Shown one piece after another: positions 22,776 through 35,785 of a stretch of DNA of 64,000 bases. The notes under the pieces were generated by a model that had not been told where the DNA came from, made no database searches, and saw nothing but the letters and a program-made list of their open reading frames with translations. The position numbers and the translations under genes were made by a program. Numbering within the stretch: the first letter of the stretch is position 1; the number at the start of each line of letters is the position of its first letter. Source of the DNA: Anthoceros angustus (lineage: Eukaryota > Plantae > Anthocerotophyta); the NCBI GenBank assembly GCA_010909165.1, contig MU008173.1, positions 1,178,001 through 1,242,000 on the forward strand, written 5' to 3'.

Positions 22776-25713
22776 CCTTGGTTTCAATCTCCCTTAGTTT
22801 TCTTGAAACCTCTAGCTTAAAAGAACTTCTCAATCTTAACATACCAGGGAAGTGCAAATTGCTTAAGGGGCGTAATAGGCAAGTGGGACACGTGGATGGT
22901 ACCGAGTGGAAGACTGACATGCAGCGGACCAGGACCGCAGAGTTGTTAGCGGCCGTTATAGGCAGGTAACCACGAACCAAGGACATGTGCCAAGAAGGCA
23001 GCGGGCGTGAAGTTGCAGTACACAATGCAGGACTGTGGCAGTTACTGGCAGCGAAAGGACGTCTTCCCGCGCATCAATTACGCCTGATGCCCTGGTGCTG
23101 AGAGAAGACCATTTTCCCACGACTTCGGTAGCTTCGCATGCCGCGATAGATACCCGCTCTTTGGCGCTTCTCTTCCGACGTTCGAGCGCAACGCCAGGTG
23201 ACCTTCGTCATCTTTCGGCGCGTCGATTCCTCCGGAGCTCAGGAGCCTCGCAGAGAGCATCACAGCCCTCCATACCTCAGCGACAAAGCGAGCGGGGCGT
23301 GGATATGGGACCCAAGAAGGCGGCAGAGGTCTGGAGCCCTGGCGCTTGGTGGAGAAGAACATTGTGACAAGGCGCTACCCGGATTTTGGCCCATGGCTGG
23401 CCGAAGCAGAGGAGCTGGTGTAGGAGTGACACCTCAACATCTCCCAGACGATATAGACCTTTGACAGCGATGGCCGGAATCCGGAAAGATGTCGGCAACC
23501 AAGGCCGGCCCACTCTAAGAGCTATGGGAGGACCCAAGGAGGTAGACAGCGGAGGTCCTACGGGCGGTTTACAATCGCCCAGCAAAGGAGGTAGGGGGCA
23601 TAGTGCCGGAGCCCCTGAAGGTGAAGGGAAGGGTGGAAGCGGCCAACGTGGCGCTGTTGAGGCCGGGGACGCAGCGCTCCTCCAATGGCTGGCTGATGTC
23701 GGACATGTTCGACCGATGGGTGAGGGCAGTGACGATAATCTGCTGGTCTTCCTGCACGCCCTCTAGAGGGGCAAGAGGGCGGATTGGGGGCGAATCATCT
23801 TTGCCCGGACAATAAGGAGGCGGAAGTCACAATGAGAGGCCTCCGTCGCTTATCCCCTTTAATAGTGCATATATGGGGACACCTCAACCTCAAGGAGGGA
23901 GAGGAGGAACGAGCCTTCTGAGGGTCCCACCAAAGCGGAGTGGAGGAAGCACAGATCAGGACCCGCCAAGGGGCGACGCGCCTAGGAAGAAGAAGACTGG
24001 GAGGGCATCCCGGATGCCATCCGTCTGGAGCGGACCCCCTCCCCCCCAAGGGAAGTATGGGAAGAGATCCCTGCTTCCCTCCTCTTGGTTCCTCCCTCGG
24101 AGCAGCAGTCCCCGGTGGTTGCTATGACGGGGATGGAGTTGGTGCCAGTAGCACCAGCAGTCCCGAGGCCTGCTCCAGACTAGGCGATCGAGCCCCGACG
24201 GACCAGAATGGAAACACGGAAGAGGAAGCAGGCGCCCAACCCCACCGCCCTAGTGACGACCCCGGTGCTCGCTTGCCAACAAGAGTGGGAAAGGTGAGGA
24301 GGCGTGAGGCAGAACGAGACGCCCTGAGCGCAGGGGCCATTGGCAGCAGCCCCACCCGGAGCTGGTCCTCTCCTCGTAGGGGAGAGGAAAGTGAGCCAGC
24401 TCTCGGACTCCTTGACCTCCACCGGACCCGAAGGCGCGCAGAGAAAGAATTGGCCGCGAAGCTCGCCAAGGAGGTCGACGGACCTACTCCGGACGTACGG
24501 ACAGGACCTAAGGGTCCTTATTGGGTCCGGAGTACCCAACCCCGGACTCACTCCGGACTGCGGTATGGCGGTCTTTAACGGATCGGGAGATGCGGCCACC
24601 GGGTGCTTCTTGGGAGCGCCACGGCGGTGGCCGTGGAAGAGACACAGCGTTTGGCGGCCGGGACGCAGCTCCTCCAATGGCTGGGCCGATGTCGGACATG
24701 TTCAGATGGGTGAGGCGTTGTATAATCTGCTGGTCTTCCCGCCCTCTAGAGGGGCAAGAGGGCGGATTGGGGCGAATCATCTTTGCCCGGAGCATGGCGA
24801 GGCCGGAAGGCGGATGAGAGGCCTCCGTCAGGCGCTTATCCCCTTTAATAGTGCATATGGGGACACCTCAACCTCAAGGAGGGAGAGGAGGAACGAGCCT
24901 TCTGAGGGCTGGCTACCCGCCGGAGCGTGGAGGAAGCACAGGACTGGGACGGCCGCGGCGACGCGCCTAGGAAGAAGAAGACCGGGAGGGCATCCTGATG
25001 CCATCCGTCTGAGCGACCCTCCCCAAGGGAAGTATGGGAAGAGATCCGCCTCCTCCTCTTGGTTCCTCCTGAGCAGCCCCGTGGTTGCTATGACGGGATG
25101 GAGTTGGAGCACCAAGAGTCTCCCGAGGCCCGCCTCCAGACTAGGCGATCGAGCCCGACGGACCGTAATGGAAACACGGAAGAGGAAGCAGGCGCCCAAC
25201 CCCACCGCCCCTAGTGACGCCGGTGCCTTTGCCTGCCAAGTGAGTGAGGCAGAGGAGGCAAAGTGAGACCATGAACGAGACGCGCCTACCCAGGCCTTGA
25301 GGCCGGGACGCAGCCCCACCCGGAGCTGGTCCCTCCTCGAGGGAGAGGAAAGTGAGCCGCCTCCTGACTCCTTGACCTCCACCCACCGGCGCCGCGAGAA
25401 AGAATTGGCCGCGAAGCTCGCCAAGGAGGTCGACGGACCTACTCCGGACGTACGGACAGGACCTAAGGGTCCTTATTGGGTCCGGAGTACCCAACCCCGG
25501 ACTCACTCCGGACTGCGGTATGGCGGTCTTTAACGGATCGGGAGATGCCTGCGTCACTGGCAGGCTTCTTGGGAGCGTCACCGGCGGTGGCCGTGGAAGA
25601 GACACGGCGCGTCTTGGCGGCCGTCATGGACGGCATGTTGTGGGGACTCTGCGGAACTACAGAGAAGACCCAGGAAGTGGAGGCCACCAGGAGGCGAATG
25701 GTGGAGCTCCAGG

Positions 25714-27379
25714 AACAGCGTCTGTTTAGAAAGGGGTTTCTCCTATCAAAAGGGGTTTTGGAAAAAATCCCAACCCTATTTCGCCGGAAACTGAAGTTGG
25801 TTTGGTTTTTGTTGGTTTTTGTAGGTGTTCATCCATCGGTTTCGGGCATTCTCGGCTCGGCACCACTTCCTGTCGAGTCATTTACACCGCCTTTATACTC
25901 GTTCATGGCGATTTAGTCGGTGTGATGAAGGGCTTGACCTCATTGTTCCATAATTTCGCATGTCCGTAGTTTCGTGATTTTGTGTGGTTTTTGTATGTTT
26001 TGTATACAGGGGCCTAGGCGTGCATAAGTGCGCGCCTAAACAACGCTATGTGCAAACTTGTGCATGCAATGTGCAAAAAGAGCGCAAAAAATGATCTTCT
26101 AATGGGGAAGCATGTCCTTTTGGCGGTCTGAGGATGTGCCGGAACTCCCGACAAAATAACAAGTAGCAGACATCGGCGGAGGTTCACCTAGACCACTCTT
26201 ATATACCTATCCTATGCCTTAATGTGACAAAGAACACCCTATCCCCTTTTTATTCTTTACGGTGTTTCCGTCTCTTTCGGCGGTGACCTAGTACCGGGTT
26301 ATCATCAAACATGCCCCAAATTGGTGAACAAGTGCATGCACCAGGGGGCGGTGCGCGCACTGTGCAGCAGCGCGTGCACTGGGGCAAGGGGCCGGTGCGC
26401 ACTGCGCGCACTGGGCAGCCTGTGCGCTGTGCACTGGGGCAAGGAGGCCCAAGTGCACACAAGTGCACGCACCCAAGGTCAAGAAGGGCCTGGGAGCATG
26501 AACCCAAATGGTTCATGCCTCCTAGTGCATTCCTAGACGGTTCATCCAAAGAAAAAAAGAACCAAAAGTCTAAAAAAACCCTAAAAACCCCTAAAAATTA
26601 CAAAAAAGTCCAGTTTTTTGAGGCAAGTGCGCGCACTTGCTCTAAAATTTTGACAATTTTTTGAATTTGTTTGTATTTGTTTTGATATTTTTGTTGTTTT
26701 AAAGGGTTCCTTTCGACGTTTTCAACCTTTTTTGTGCAGCTCCCTAATGTGGATATGTTCTTATCTTTTCTTAACCCTCATCTTTTTTCTAGTGGTTAAA
26801 ACTTTGAACTAGTAGTGAGAACCTTTGCATCTTTTGAATCTTGAGACGCTTGGCGGGCCCGCCTAAGTGCACTATGCCACTCTCATTCTCGCACTCAAGA
26901 GCATCGTGCCAAAGAAGATATTATTGTCCCAATGTCTAAGGAACAAAGTCTGTAAAATTCTGAGCGAGAGTATAGTCATAGGATTGACTAGTATGAATGA
27001 AAGGTTGGTGCGCAAACAAGTTTGCGCACTGCAATTACAGCAAGCCCTAAAACTCTAAATGTTTAGATATCGTCAACACCGCAATGATTGCCGATGTTGA
27101 GACCTGCTTAGATGGGCGCGCATAAGTTTGCGAATTGTGTCCAGCTTTGAAAAAGCCGAACGAGAATGGGACTTTAGGTTTTGCCACGACTTGCAATCTA
27201 CAATCTCAAATAACGTGTATCAAAACAATTATTCAAAAGGTTGCGGGTAACATGTCTGCAGAGAAATATCAAAAAGCCTGATTATAGTGCAGATTTTTTT
27301 CAAGTGCAAAAAGGGGTCCGGCCAAGTCCGTGTGCAAAAAGGGGTTCCAGGAGAAACCCCTTTCTAAACAGACGCTGTT
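25714..27379. mobile_element. Non-autonomous TIR DNA transposon (AACAG...CTGTT ends, 4-bp TSD CAGG/TAGG), 1666 bp
   Basis: Perfect 31-bp TIR AACAGCGTCTGTTTAGAAAGGGGTTTCTCCT at 25714-25744 and 27349-27379. Removal restores the host frame VELQGQTEVAQAARKKAE. Confidence 0.87.
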
Positions 27380-28615
27380 TAGGGTCAAACGGAGGTGGCA
27401 CAGGCCGCCAGGAAGAAGGCGGAGTCCCTCGCCAGAATTGAGGAAGAGAAGCGCCGGACGGCAGAAACAGAGGCAAGGTCCGCCTAGCAGGACAGGGCTA
27501 GGGTGCTCCAACTGTGCGAGGAGCTGAAGCCCGCCCAGGAGGCACACGCGCGGGCAGAGGACCTGAGCGAGCAAATGAAAGCAGCCAGGGAAGCCGCGGA
27601 GGGAGCACGCAAGCAGGCGGAGGAAGCCAGGGAGCTGGTGGAAAATGCAAAGCGAAGAGCAGAGCCAGGCGCAGGACGCTCAGCTGAAGGGGACCAAGGA
27701 AGCGGAGGCGATTGCCAAGACCGACCGGGACCACTACCGTTGGGACCGGAATCGCTGGAGGGAGGCGGCAGGAGCGGCCACAGCAAGCCTGAAGGTGGAG
27801 TAGGCGGTCGCAGAGCAAGCACGCACGGTCCATGGAGAGGAGATGGAAGTGCGGATAAGGGAGCTGGGAGATCTCCGGCTGCAGCTTCAGGAGGTGGAAG
27901 AGGCATGCCGGGAGATGGAAGGGCAGAAGGAGACCCTGGAGCTGCGACTCCAGGTGATGGAGGAAAGGAACGGACTCCTCCAAGGGCGGATCGAGGCCTA
28001 GGACCACGAGCGGGAGATAAAGAGGCTCCAGCTCTGCCTAAGAGTGGAGGAAAACCTCCGGCGAAGCACGGAGTTAGACGTCGCTGAGCTTGAGAGAGAG
28101 AGAGCTAGTCGATGCCAGGCCTTTGGCAGAACTCCCGGACGACTAGAGCACGACATGGCGGTCCTGACCAAGAAGATGGCGGATCAGGAACGAGCGCAGA
28201 AGGAAGAGCAGAAGCTGTTGATCCGCCTGCGAAAGGCAGAGGGAGAACTCCAGTCCATGGCGGGGAAGTTGGCAGAGCTGCAGAGGGAGCAGGAAGCGGA
28301 GCGCGCCAACGAGAAGCAGCGGCTCCAGGAGCTAGCAGAAGCCTCCTTAACGGCTTCTCCAGATGCGGCCAGGACCAGGTTGGATGACCTTGCGATGGGA
28401 ACGGCGCGCAAGCGACTAGGGACGCCCAGCTACCAGAGAACCTCTAGAGGCGGGAATATATAGTGCTCCGAACCCATGTGGAGGCCATCCAGCAGGTTGA
28501 CTCAGACTTCGTGTATTATCATGCGGAGCTCCTGAAAGCGGTGGGAGCATTTCACCAAGCAGGTGAGGTCGCGAGATTGCTAGAGGAGTCGTAGGGGACC
28601 TGGAGGGAAGAAGGT

Positions 28616-31600
28616 TATCGTGGTTATCGCGTAGCCAGCCTGAACGTAAGCAGATCCATGATCGAGACCAGGAAAAAACGCGAGCGTAGGCAAAACAGAT
28701 ATCTTCATTGAGGTTCAAAGAAGCATTAAACAAAAAGTGTTGTAAACTGCTTTTAACCTAAGTTAATTACGAAACGATATTGGGTTAGTGTCCGATTAGG
28801 TAATTGCCAATCTAACACGCCTCGCACCTAACGCCAACCTTATCCCGCCGGCCGAAAGCTTGAGGTGAAGCGCTAAGATCCCGGTCTTCACATTCTTAGC
28901 TTGAGTCGCGAACTCACTCAATCGCTATGGCTTGTGCACACCGCGGATCGCCCTCCTAAGTCCCATCCTCACCGCAAGGTGATTAAGGTGAAGAGCACCA
29001 AGCATCTACAATGTGTGAAGATCCGCAACCGAATCGAGAAATGCTGGTAATAGGCGCGTGCCTCTTCCGTGGTCATAACTCATGCCCGCAGCATTGATAT
29101 GGCAATAAAGCTAGATGCTTCGTGAGTCTGATTTGTTTACCTTGATGCTTCATCCAGATCGATTCATGTGTGTGTGTAGGTGATGCGTGATAGGCTCCAA
29201 TAATCACAGGCGTAACACATGTGAGATGTGTTCTCTGTGGATTCCCAAATGCCGCATCTAAACCTTAGGTCATTGCTATGGCATGCTTGTTTTCCGATAA
29301 GTTGTCCCCACAAGCCCAATGTGTCGCGATGTTGTTCATGGGTTGCCTTAGGAAGGCCCTTAGTCAATGTGTCAGCAACATTCTCGTGTGCACATATTGA
29401 AGCCGGATCACGCTGCTTTACCGCTTGACGAATAAAATGGAATCAGATCTCAATGTGTTTCGATCGTGCATGAAGGATAGGATTACTGTGAGAGCAATAG
29501 CGATCGATTGTCGCATGCTAATATTGTGGCTGCCTGTGCTTCCGTGAATGCCCTCCATGAATTGACGGACCCATATGATTTCACGTGCAAGTGATAGGGC
29601 TCCGTATTCCGCCTCACCGAGGAGAGGCTCATCGTTGTAAGTTTCTTAGATTGCCAACCGATGGCGATCCACATGTTGCATAATATGCGCGATGGATTTC
29701 CTCGAATCCACATCACCAGCCACATCCGAATAAGAAGTAAGTATACCCAAAGAAAATTGTATATTTCATAGAGAAAATTCGTGTCCCTTGCGATAACGCA
29801 GGATTCTTTTGACAGGGTCCAAAGGCTTCCGACTGGTTTGAGAGGAACGGGACACGACACCTACGACTGGGAGATGTCCGCCGAGTCCAACCAGCCAAGT
29901 ACAAGAGACTACCATCGCTTCTATAGGGTACCTTTGCCATTTCGCAAAGTCTCTGGGGTTGTTGGCCCTCGATGGATAACTTCTCCGGATGCTATAGGGG
30001 TAGTGACAGGATGTAATGTTGAAAGATTGAATTTGGACAAGAATCGTTCTTATGAAGTGTGCCCGATGGATGGTGACACAGGTCCTATCGTGGCTAAAGC
30101 TAAACCGGATGCCTAAGGCGAACTTCAAGGACCTACATCGGTCATGTCCCATTCTTGTGACAGGCTTTTTCATTTCGCCAAAATGTTGGAATCACTAGCA
30201 AAGAGAAAATTATCATCAACATACAAAGGTAATGATACAAAGTTAGTTCTCTTCATTACATATACACTGCGATCTGCGTGAGAGGTACGAAACCAAGCTT
30301 GCGTAACTTCTTGTGCCTCTTCCGTGGTCATAACTCATGCCCGCAGCATTGATATGGCAATAAAGCTAGATGCTTCGTGAGTCTGATTTGTTTACCTTGA
30401 TGCTTCATCCAGATCGATTCATGTGTGTGTGTAGGTGATGCGATAGGCTCCAATAAGAGCTGCGGCGTAACACGGAGATGTGTTCTCTGTGGATTCCCAA
30501 ATGCCGCATCTAAACCTTAGGTCATTGCTATGGCATGCCGCTTGTTTTCCAGATAAGTTGCCGCCCCGTAAGCCCAATGTGTCGCGATGTTGTTCATGGG
30601 TTGCCTTAGGAAGGCCCTTAGTCAGTGTCGCAACATTCTCTGTGTGCACATATTGAAGCTGGATCACTGCTTTCTCCGCTTGACGAATAAAATGGAATCA
30701 GATATCTCAATGTGTTTCGATCGTGCATGAAGGATAGGATTACTGTGAGAGCAATAGCCGATCGATTGTCGATGCTAATATTGTGGCACGCTTGCTTCCA
30801 AAGTGAATGCCCTCCATGAATTGACGGACCCATATGATTTCACGTGCTGCAAGTGATAGGGCTCCGTATTCCGCCCGCCGAGGAGAGGCTCATCGTTGTA
30901 AGTTTCTTAGATTGCCAACGATGGCGATCCACATAATGGCATAATATGCAGCGATGGATTTCCTCGAATCCACATCACCAGCCAGATCCGAATAAGAAGT
31001 AAGTATACCACTTCAGAATTGTATATTTCATAGAAATTCGTGTCCCTTGCGATAACGCAGGATTCTTTTGAGTCCAAAGCCGACTGGTTTGAGAGGAACG
31101 GGACACGACACCTACTGGGAGATGTCCGCCGAGTCCAACCAGCCAAGTACAAGAGACTACCTCGCTTCTATAGGGTACCTTTGCCATTTCGCAAAGTCTG
31201 CTAGTTGTTGGACGGTCCTCGATGGATAACTTCTCCGGATGCTATAGGGGTAGTGACAGGATGTAATGTTGAAAGATTGAATTTGGACAAGAATCTTATG
31301 AAGTGTGCCCGATGGATGGTGACACAGTCCTATGGCTAAAGCTAAACCGGATGCCTAACTTCTTCAAGGACCTACATCGGTCATGTCCCATTCTTGTGAC
31401 ATTTCATTTCGCCAAAATGTTGGAATCACTAGCAAAGAGAAAATTATCATCAACATACGGTAATGATACAAAGTTAGTTCTCTTCATTACATATACACTG
31501 CGATCTGCGTGAGAGGTACGAAACCAAGCTTGTAACTTCTTGTCGGCTCTTGCATTCCACATTCTTGCATCGCTTCAATCGTATATAGATTTGAAGTGAC

Positions 31601-34600
31601 ATACCTTAGTTGGATCGTAATGTAGCCTTCCGGTTCATTCATGTAAATAGTCTCCTTTAGTTCTCCGTTTAAAAGGCTTAACGTCCATCCGGTGGACAAG
31701 GAGCTTGTGTTTTACAGCATAACTCAAAAGAATCCGATAGATGTCGGCTTCACCACCGGATCGAAAGTTTCAGATAGTCCAAACTCGAACTTGGTATAGC
31801 CGGGCCACTAAAGAGCTTTAAACCGAGCAACCGTACCATCTGGATTTAGCTTCAACTTAAACACCCATTTGGATGTAATGGGGCGTCTATCCGGAGGTAA
31901 GGTCACCAGCTCCCAAGTGTGATTTGTGATGAGGCTATTGTATTCAATCGATGGCTTTTGCCATTCGACTTTGTAAGGGCCTGATAGGGCTTCTTTATAT
32001 GTGGCGGTGTATCCGGAGGATCAAGAATTGAAGCAGCTGCATTTGTAGCTAGAGCTGCTAAGGAAGTCCTTGGTGGAACATAAACAAAGGTGTCACCTGG
32101 TTCATAAGGTGGCTTAATCCACTCTGACCTAGGGCGATGAGACCTAGCTGATCTACGAGGTAGACCCTCCTGTTCATCTACTGCCAATTGTACATGTTCT
32201 TCTGGTTGAGGAATTTCATCTAACTCTGCAGGAATAGCATCTAACTGCGTGGTGGTCTTTAGTTTCATCTACCTCTGCGAGGATCAGGCCGGAGGTTCAA
32301 TCGGAGGGTTATCCAATACATCCGCAGGATCCGTAATGGAGGTGCCGCCGCACAGGTGTTGGTGATCTGGCCCTAAAGGTGCTGCAGGAGCAAGTGATCG
32401 TGGAACTCAAGGAAAATCGAAATATCTATGTCTACTGCCTTCTTCTAAGTGTTGTTGTGAGTATGACCATAAATTGAAGGTTCGACAAGGGTTTGTGGCT
32501 TGTGATCAAGATGAGAGGCAATGATGAAGCTCTCGTTGAAGCTCACACTCCTAGCTATGGTAAGTTGCCGTGTATGTGGGCTATATGCTTGTAGCCCTTT
32601 GACTGCTCGTAATACCCAACAAAAATATGTTTTGTAGCTCGATTGTCCATCTTACCACGCTTCTCCGGTGTGTATGCATAGGTGCGCCAAAGATGCGTAA
32701 ATGGTCGATCTGGGTTTGTGCCCACCCACAAAGGTGTATAGCTGAAAAGTGGCTTTACAGCTGCTCAATATAATTAATATGCTATACCTTCCGCCCAAGA
32801 TCCTTGTAAGTCCTGCGATGAAAGAGTAGCTCGCGTTCTTGCAAAGTGCGATTGTATCTCTCAAAAGATACGAGTTTTGTGGATGATAGGGTACCGTGGG
32901 TTGGTGAATAATGCCCTTCGTCGACAATATGATTGGAAGTCCCGATCGAGGTATTCTTTCGCATTGTCACTCCTTAGTTTCTTAAGAATGCACCTTTGAG
33001 TCTCATAGTTGTACATAATCGAGGAACTTATCATATGTTTGGTGACGATTATGCGAAAATATATATGGCGAATGGCTCCACTCATCTAGGAGCAGAAAAT
33101 AAATTGCCCCACCAAACGATGCTTGACATCGGGCCACATATGTCGATGTGCACCACATCTAACAGCCCAAAGAGCCTTTGTAGGTTCAGGATCATTGTAT
33201 GGCTTTTGTGCCATCTTGCCAACTTGGCGCCTTCACGAAGAGGTGATCATTCAGTTTAAAAGAAACTGGATCCTTGTACAATTCTGGTTTGCTAACAACT
33301 TGACGTATGTATGTTATGCTAGGATGGCAGAGACGATGATGCCAAAGAGAAGTCTTGTCTACATCACTCTTGGCATCACTAGCTGCAGCGTAATTGGTCA
33401 TACTCAAAATGATAAAGGTCATTGTAAGTGATTCCTTCTCCCAATATAAATGAACGATCATGTGTAGATGTTCACACCACTAGGTGTGAAACATACTTGG
33501 TGTCGTGTGTGAACGAGTTTCGACGATGAAGTTTTTCTTCATGCTAGGGACATGGAGGACACCCGACAATGTGATGTGTGTTCCACCTTTCATTGGGAAT
33601 GAGACATCACCATATCCGAATCGCAAGTCCGCTGTCTCCTAGCGACAAATTGGCTAGTTGGTGCTGGCTTGTAATTGATAAATTTGTCTTTAGATTGACA
33701 AATGTGGTGAGTGGCACCGAGTCCAAAACCACATACTTGTATCGGCTTGTAAGTGACAAACATATAGCAAGGATGGTAGGTGGCTTGGAGGCGCCTGTGA
33801 GGAGCCGCTTTGTCCACGAGTCACCATGTTTGTCTCCGCACTGTAAGGCTTCACGGCGAGGCTCTCCACCCGCTTCTTCGCATTCATTTTCGAAATGACT
33901 GGAATTTTGCACGGATGTGCCCTTCTTTTTCTCGGTGTATAAGAGGTTGGTGCGGATAGGGTCTTCCCTTCCTCGACTGCCCTCCCACGCCCTCGCCGGG
34001 TGTAGAGGACATGTGAACTATGTTGCCGACCTCGCAAGAGCAACTCTGGATTCCTCTTCCGAATGCACCAACAACTTGTGAGAAGGTAATATTAGCACCT
34101 CCTGGTTTGCAAAATTAGTTTGAGTAGTAACAAATGCTCTGTAGCTATGTGGCGGGGATGTAAGAAGGATTATAGCCTTCGCTTTGTCAATACATCGCCG
34201 AAGCAAGCTTAGCACGCAAGCTGCGAAATTTATGTAAGTGATGCTCCACACTATCACTTTCCTTCATAAGGCCATAGAATTGTCCGTTGCGTTTATAAGT
34301 GTCGCCCATCCTTGGCTGCGAACATATCCTTAAATAAACTCCAGACCGCTGCATTGCCCCTTGAGTATGTTGTATCATGTTCCTATCAAGAGTCGATAGG
34401 ATTATACTGCTCTTTTATCTTGCTTTTCCCAAGCTTTAATTTGACATCTGCCTTTAGGATTTGCTAATGCTGGATTTGTACTCTTTCCGGTTTACATCCA
34501 TGAGGTCGTGCTCTTCAAGATTGCCTCCATTCAAGCTCCCATTGGGTAATCCGAGCCATTAAACCGGTCCTTATCTTTCATATCCGCTTGAAAGTTGTGT

Positions 34601-35785
34601 TATTAATGGTTGTGTTTGTCCCCATGATTGGAGGTTGAGGTGGAGGAGGTGTATGTGTAAAACGAGGTGCTTTAGGCCTAGGGTACCTATGTGGTGGTGA
34701 CCACATGCGGTTGTGGTACTAACAAAGGTGTGTGCACTACATAACCTATCTAGAAATTTCTAGAGAATTGAGGACTCTGAATCCTCACCGAACATTGTGG
34801 CTAAGGACCCTAATATTTGATCTGCTGGCTTAGGTACTATCATCAAACCAAAAGATGGATTACATCGAGAAATGTTAGGCTTGGAAGCTGAATGAACAGC
34901 AGGTCTGTCCAGCATCTTGGAAATCAGAGAGCTGTGTGCAAGATGATCGATTGCATGGTAACTTGTGACAACTTCTTGGTGAGAATACCTATTTGCTTTT
35001 GTAGTTGGATCCGATCTTTCCTATATTTATTGGGCTATATGCGCTTGGTGCTTAAGGATGCCTACCGTAATGTTCAAGTGCCTAATTGCTATGTTGTTTG
35101 GTTGTGATGGATGGTGTTGTGAAGATGCAGGGCGGAATACATGCCGGTCTTCTACACGCAATTCATAGCAACAATTACAATTGCATGCTCGCTAGGAGAA
35201 GGTGGATCATAATCTCTTGAAAACCTATCTCTATTCTATTCCTTGTCATGGTGCGATCGCTTTTCATGGGCGTTTTGATTACGGTCCCACTTGCTCAAAG
35301 CTCACGGAATTGCTTACGCAAGGTAATATAAAGCGCTTTTCTTCCTCCTTCCAAGGGATACTCATAGGTGGTGCTTTTCCGGTGGACGCGTGTTCTTTGC
35401 CACTCCATGCCGCTAATGTAATCGAAAAATGCGCCTAATTGCTGCACCCAAGGATCCGATCCTTGTGATCACCGAGTATGCAGATCGCCTAGGGTTTTCG
35501 GCCTCCTATGGCGGATGCCGCTTTCAATTTGATGGTGCACCTCATACCGTATGGGATCCGTACTCGGTCCATGGTGCTCGATACCATATCGTGGTTATCG
35601 CGTAGCCACCGAACGTAAGCGGATCCATGATCGAGACCGTGAAAACGCGAGCGTAGGCAAAAGCAGATATCTTCATTGAGGTTCAAAGAAGCATTAAACA
35701 AAAAAGTGTTGTAACCGTTTTTAACCTAAGTTAATTACGAAACGATATTGGGTTAGTGTCTGATTAGGTAATTGCCAATCTAACA
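28616..35785 (-). mobile_element. Full-length Ty1/copia element B with about 200-bp LTRs and 5-bp TSD AAGGT
   Basis: LTRs 35785-35587 and 28817-28616. PBS TGGTATCGAGC at 35586-35576. gag, integrase (LRSDNAKEY, HIDICGP), RT (RFKALLVARLY region), RNase H. Contains a 1.25-kb internal duplication (about 29060-31540). Confidence 0.92.

Noticed and set aside
22960-23030. Possible diverged LTR pair for host C (versus about 47705-47760)
   Set aside because: Only patchy similarity by eye; no PBS, PPT or TSD support.
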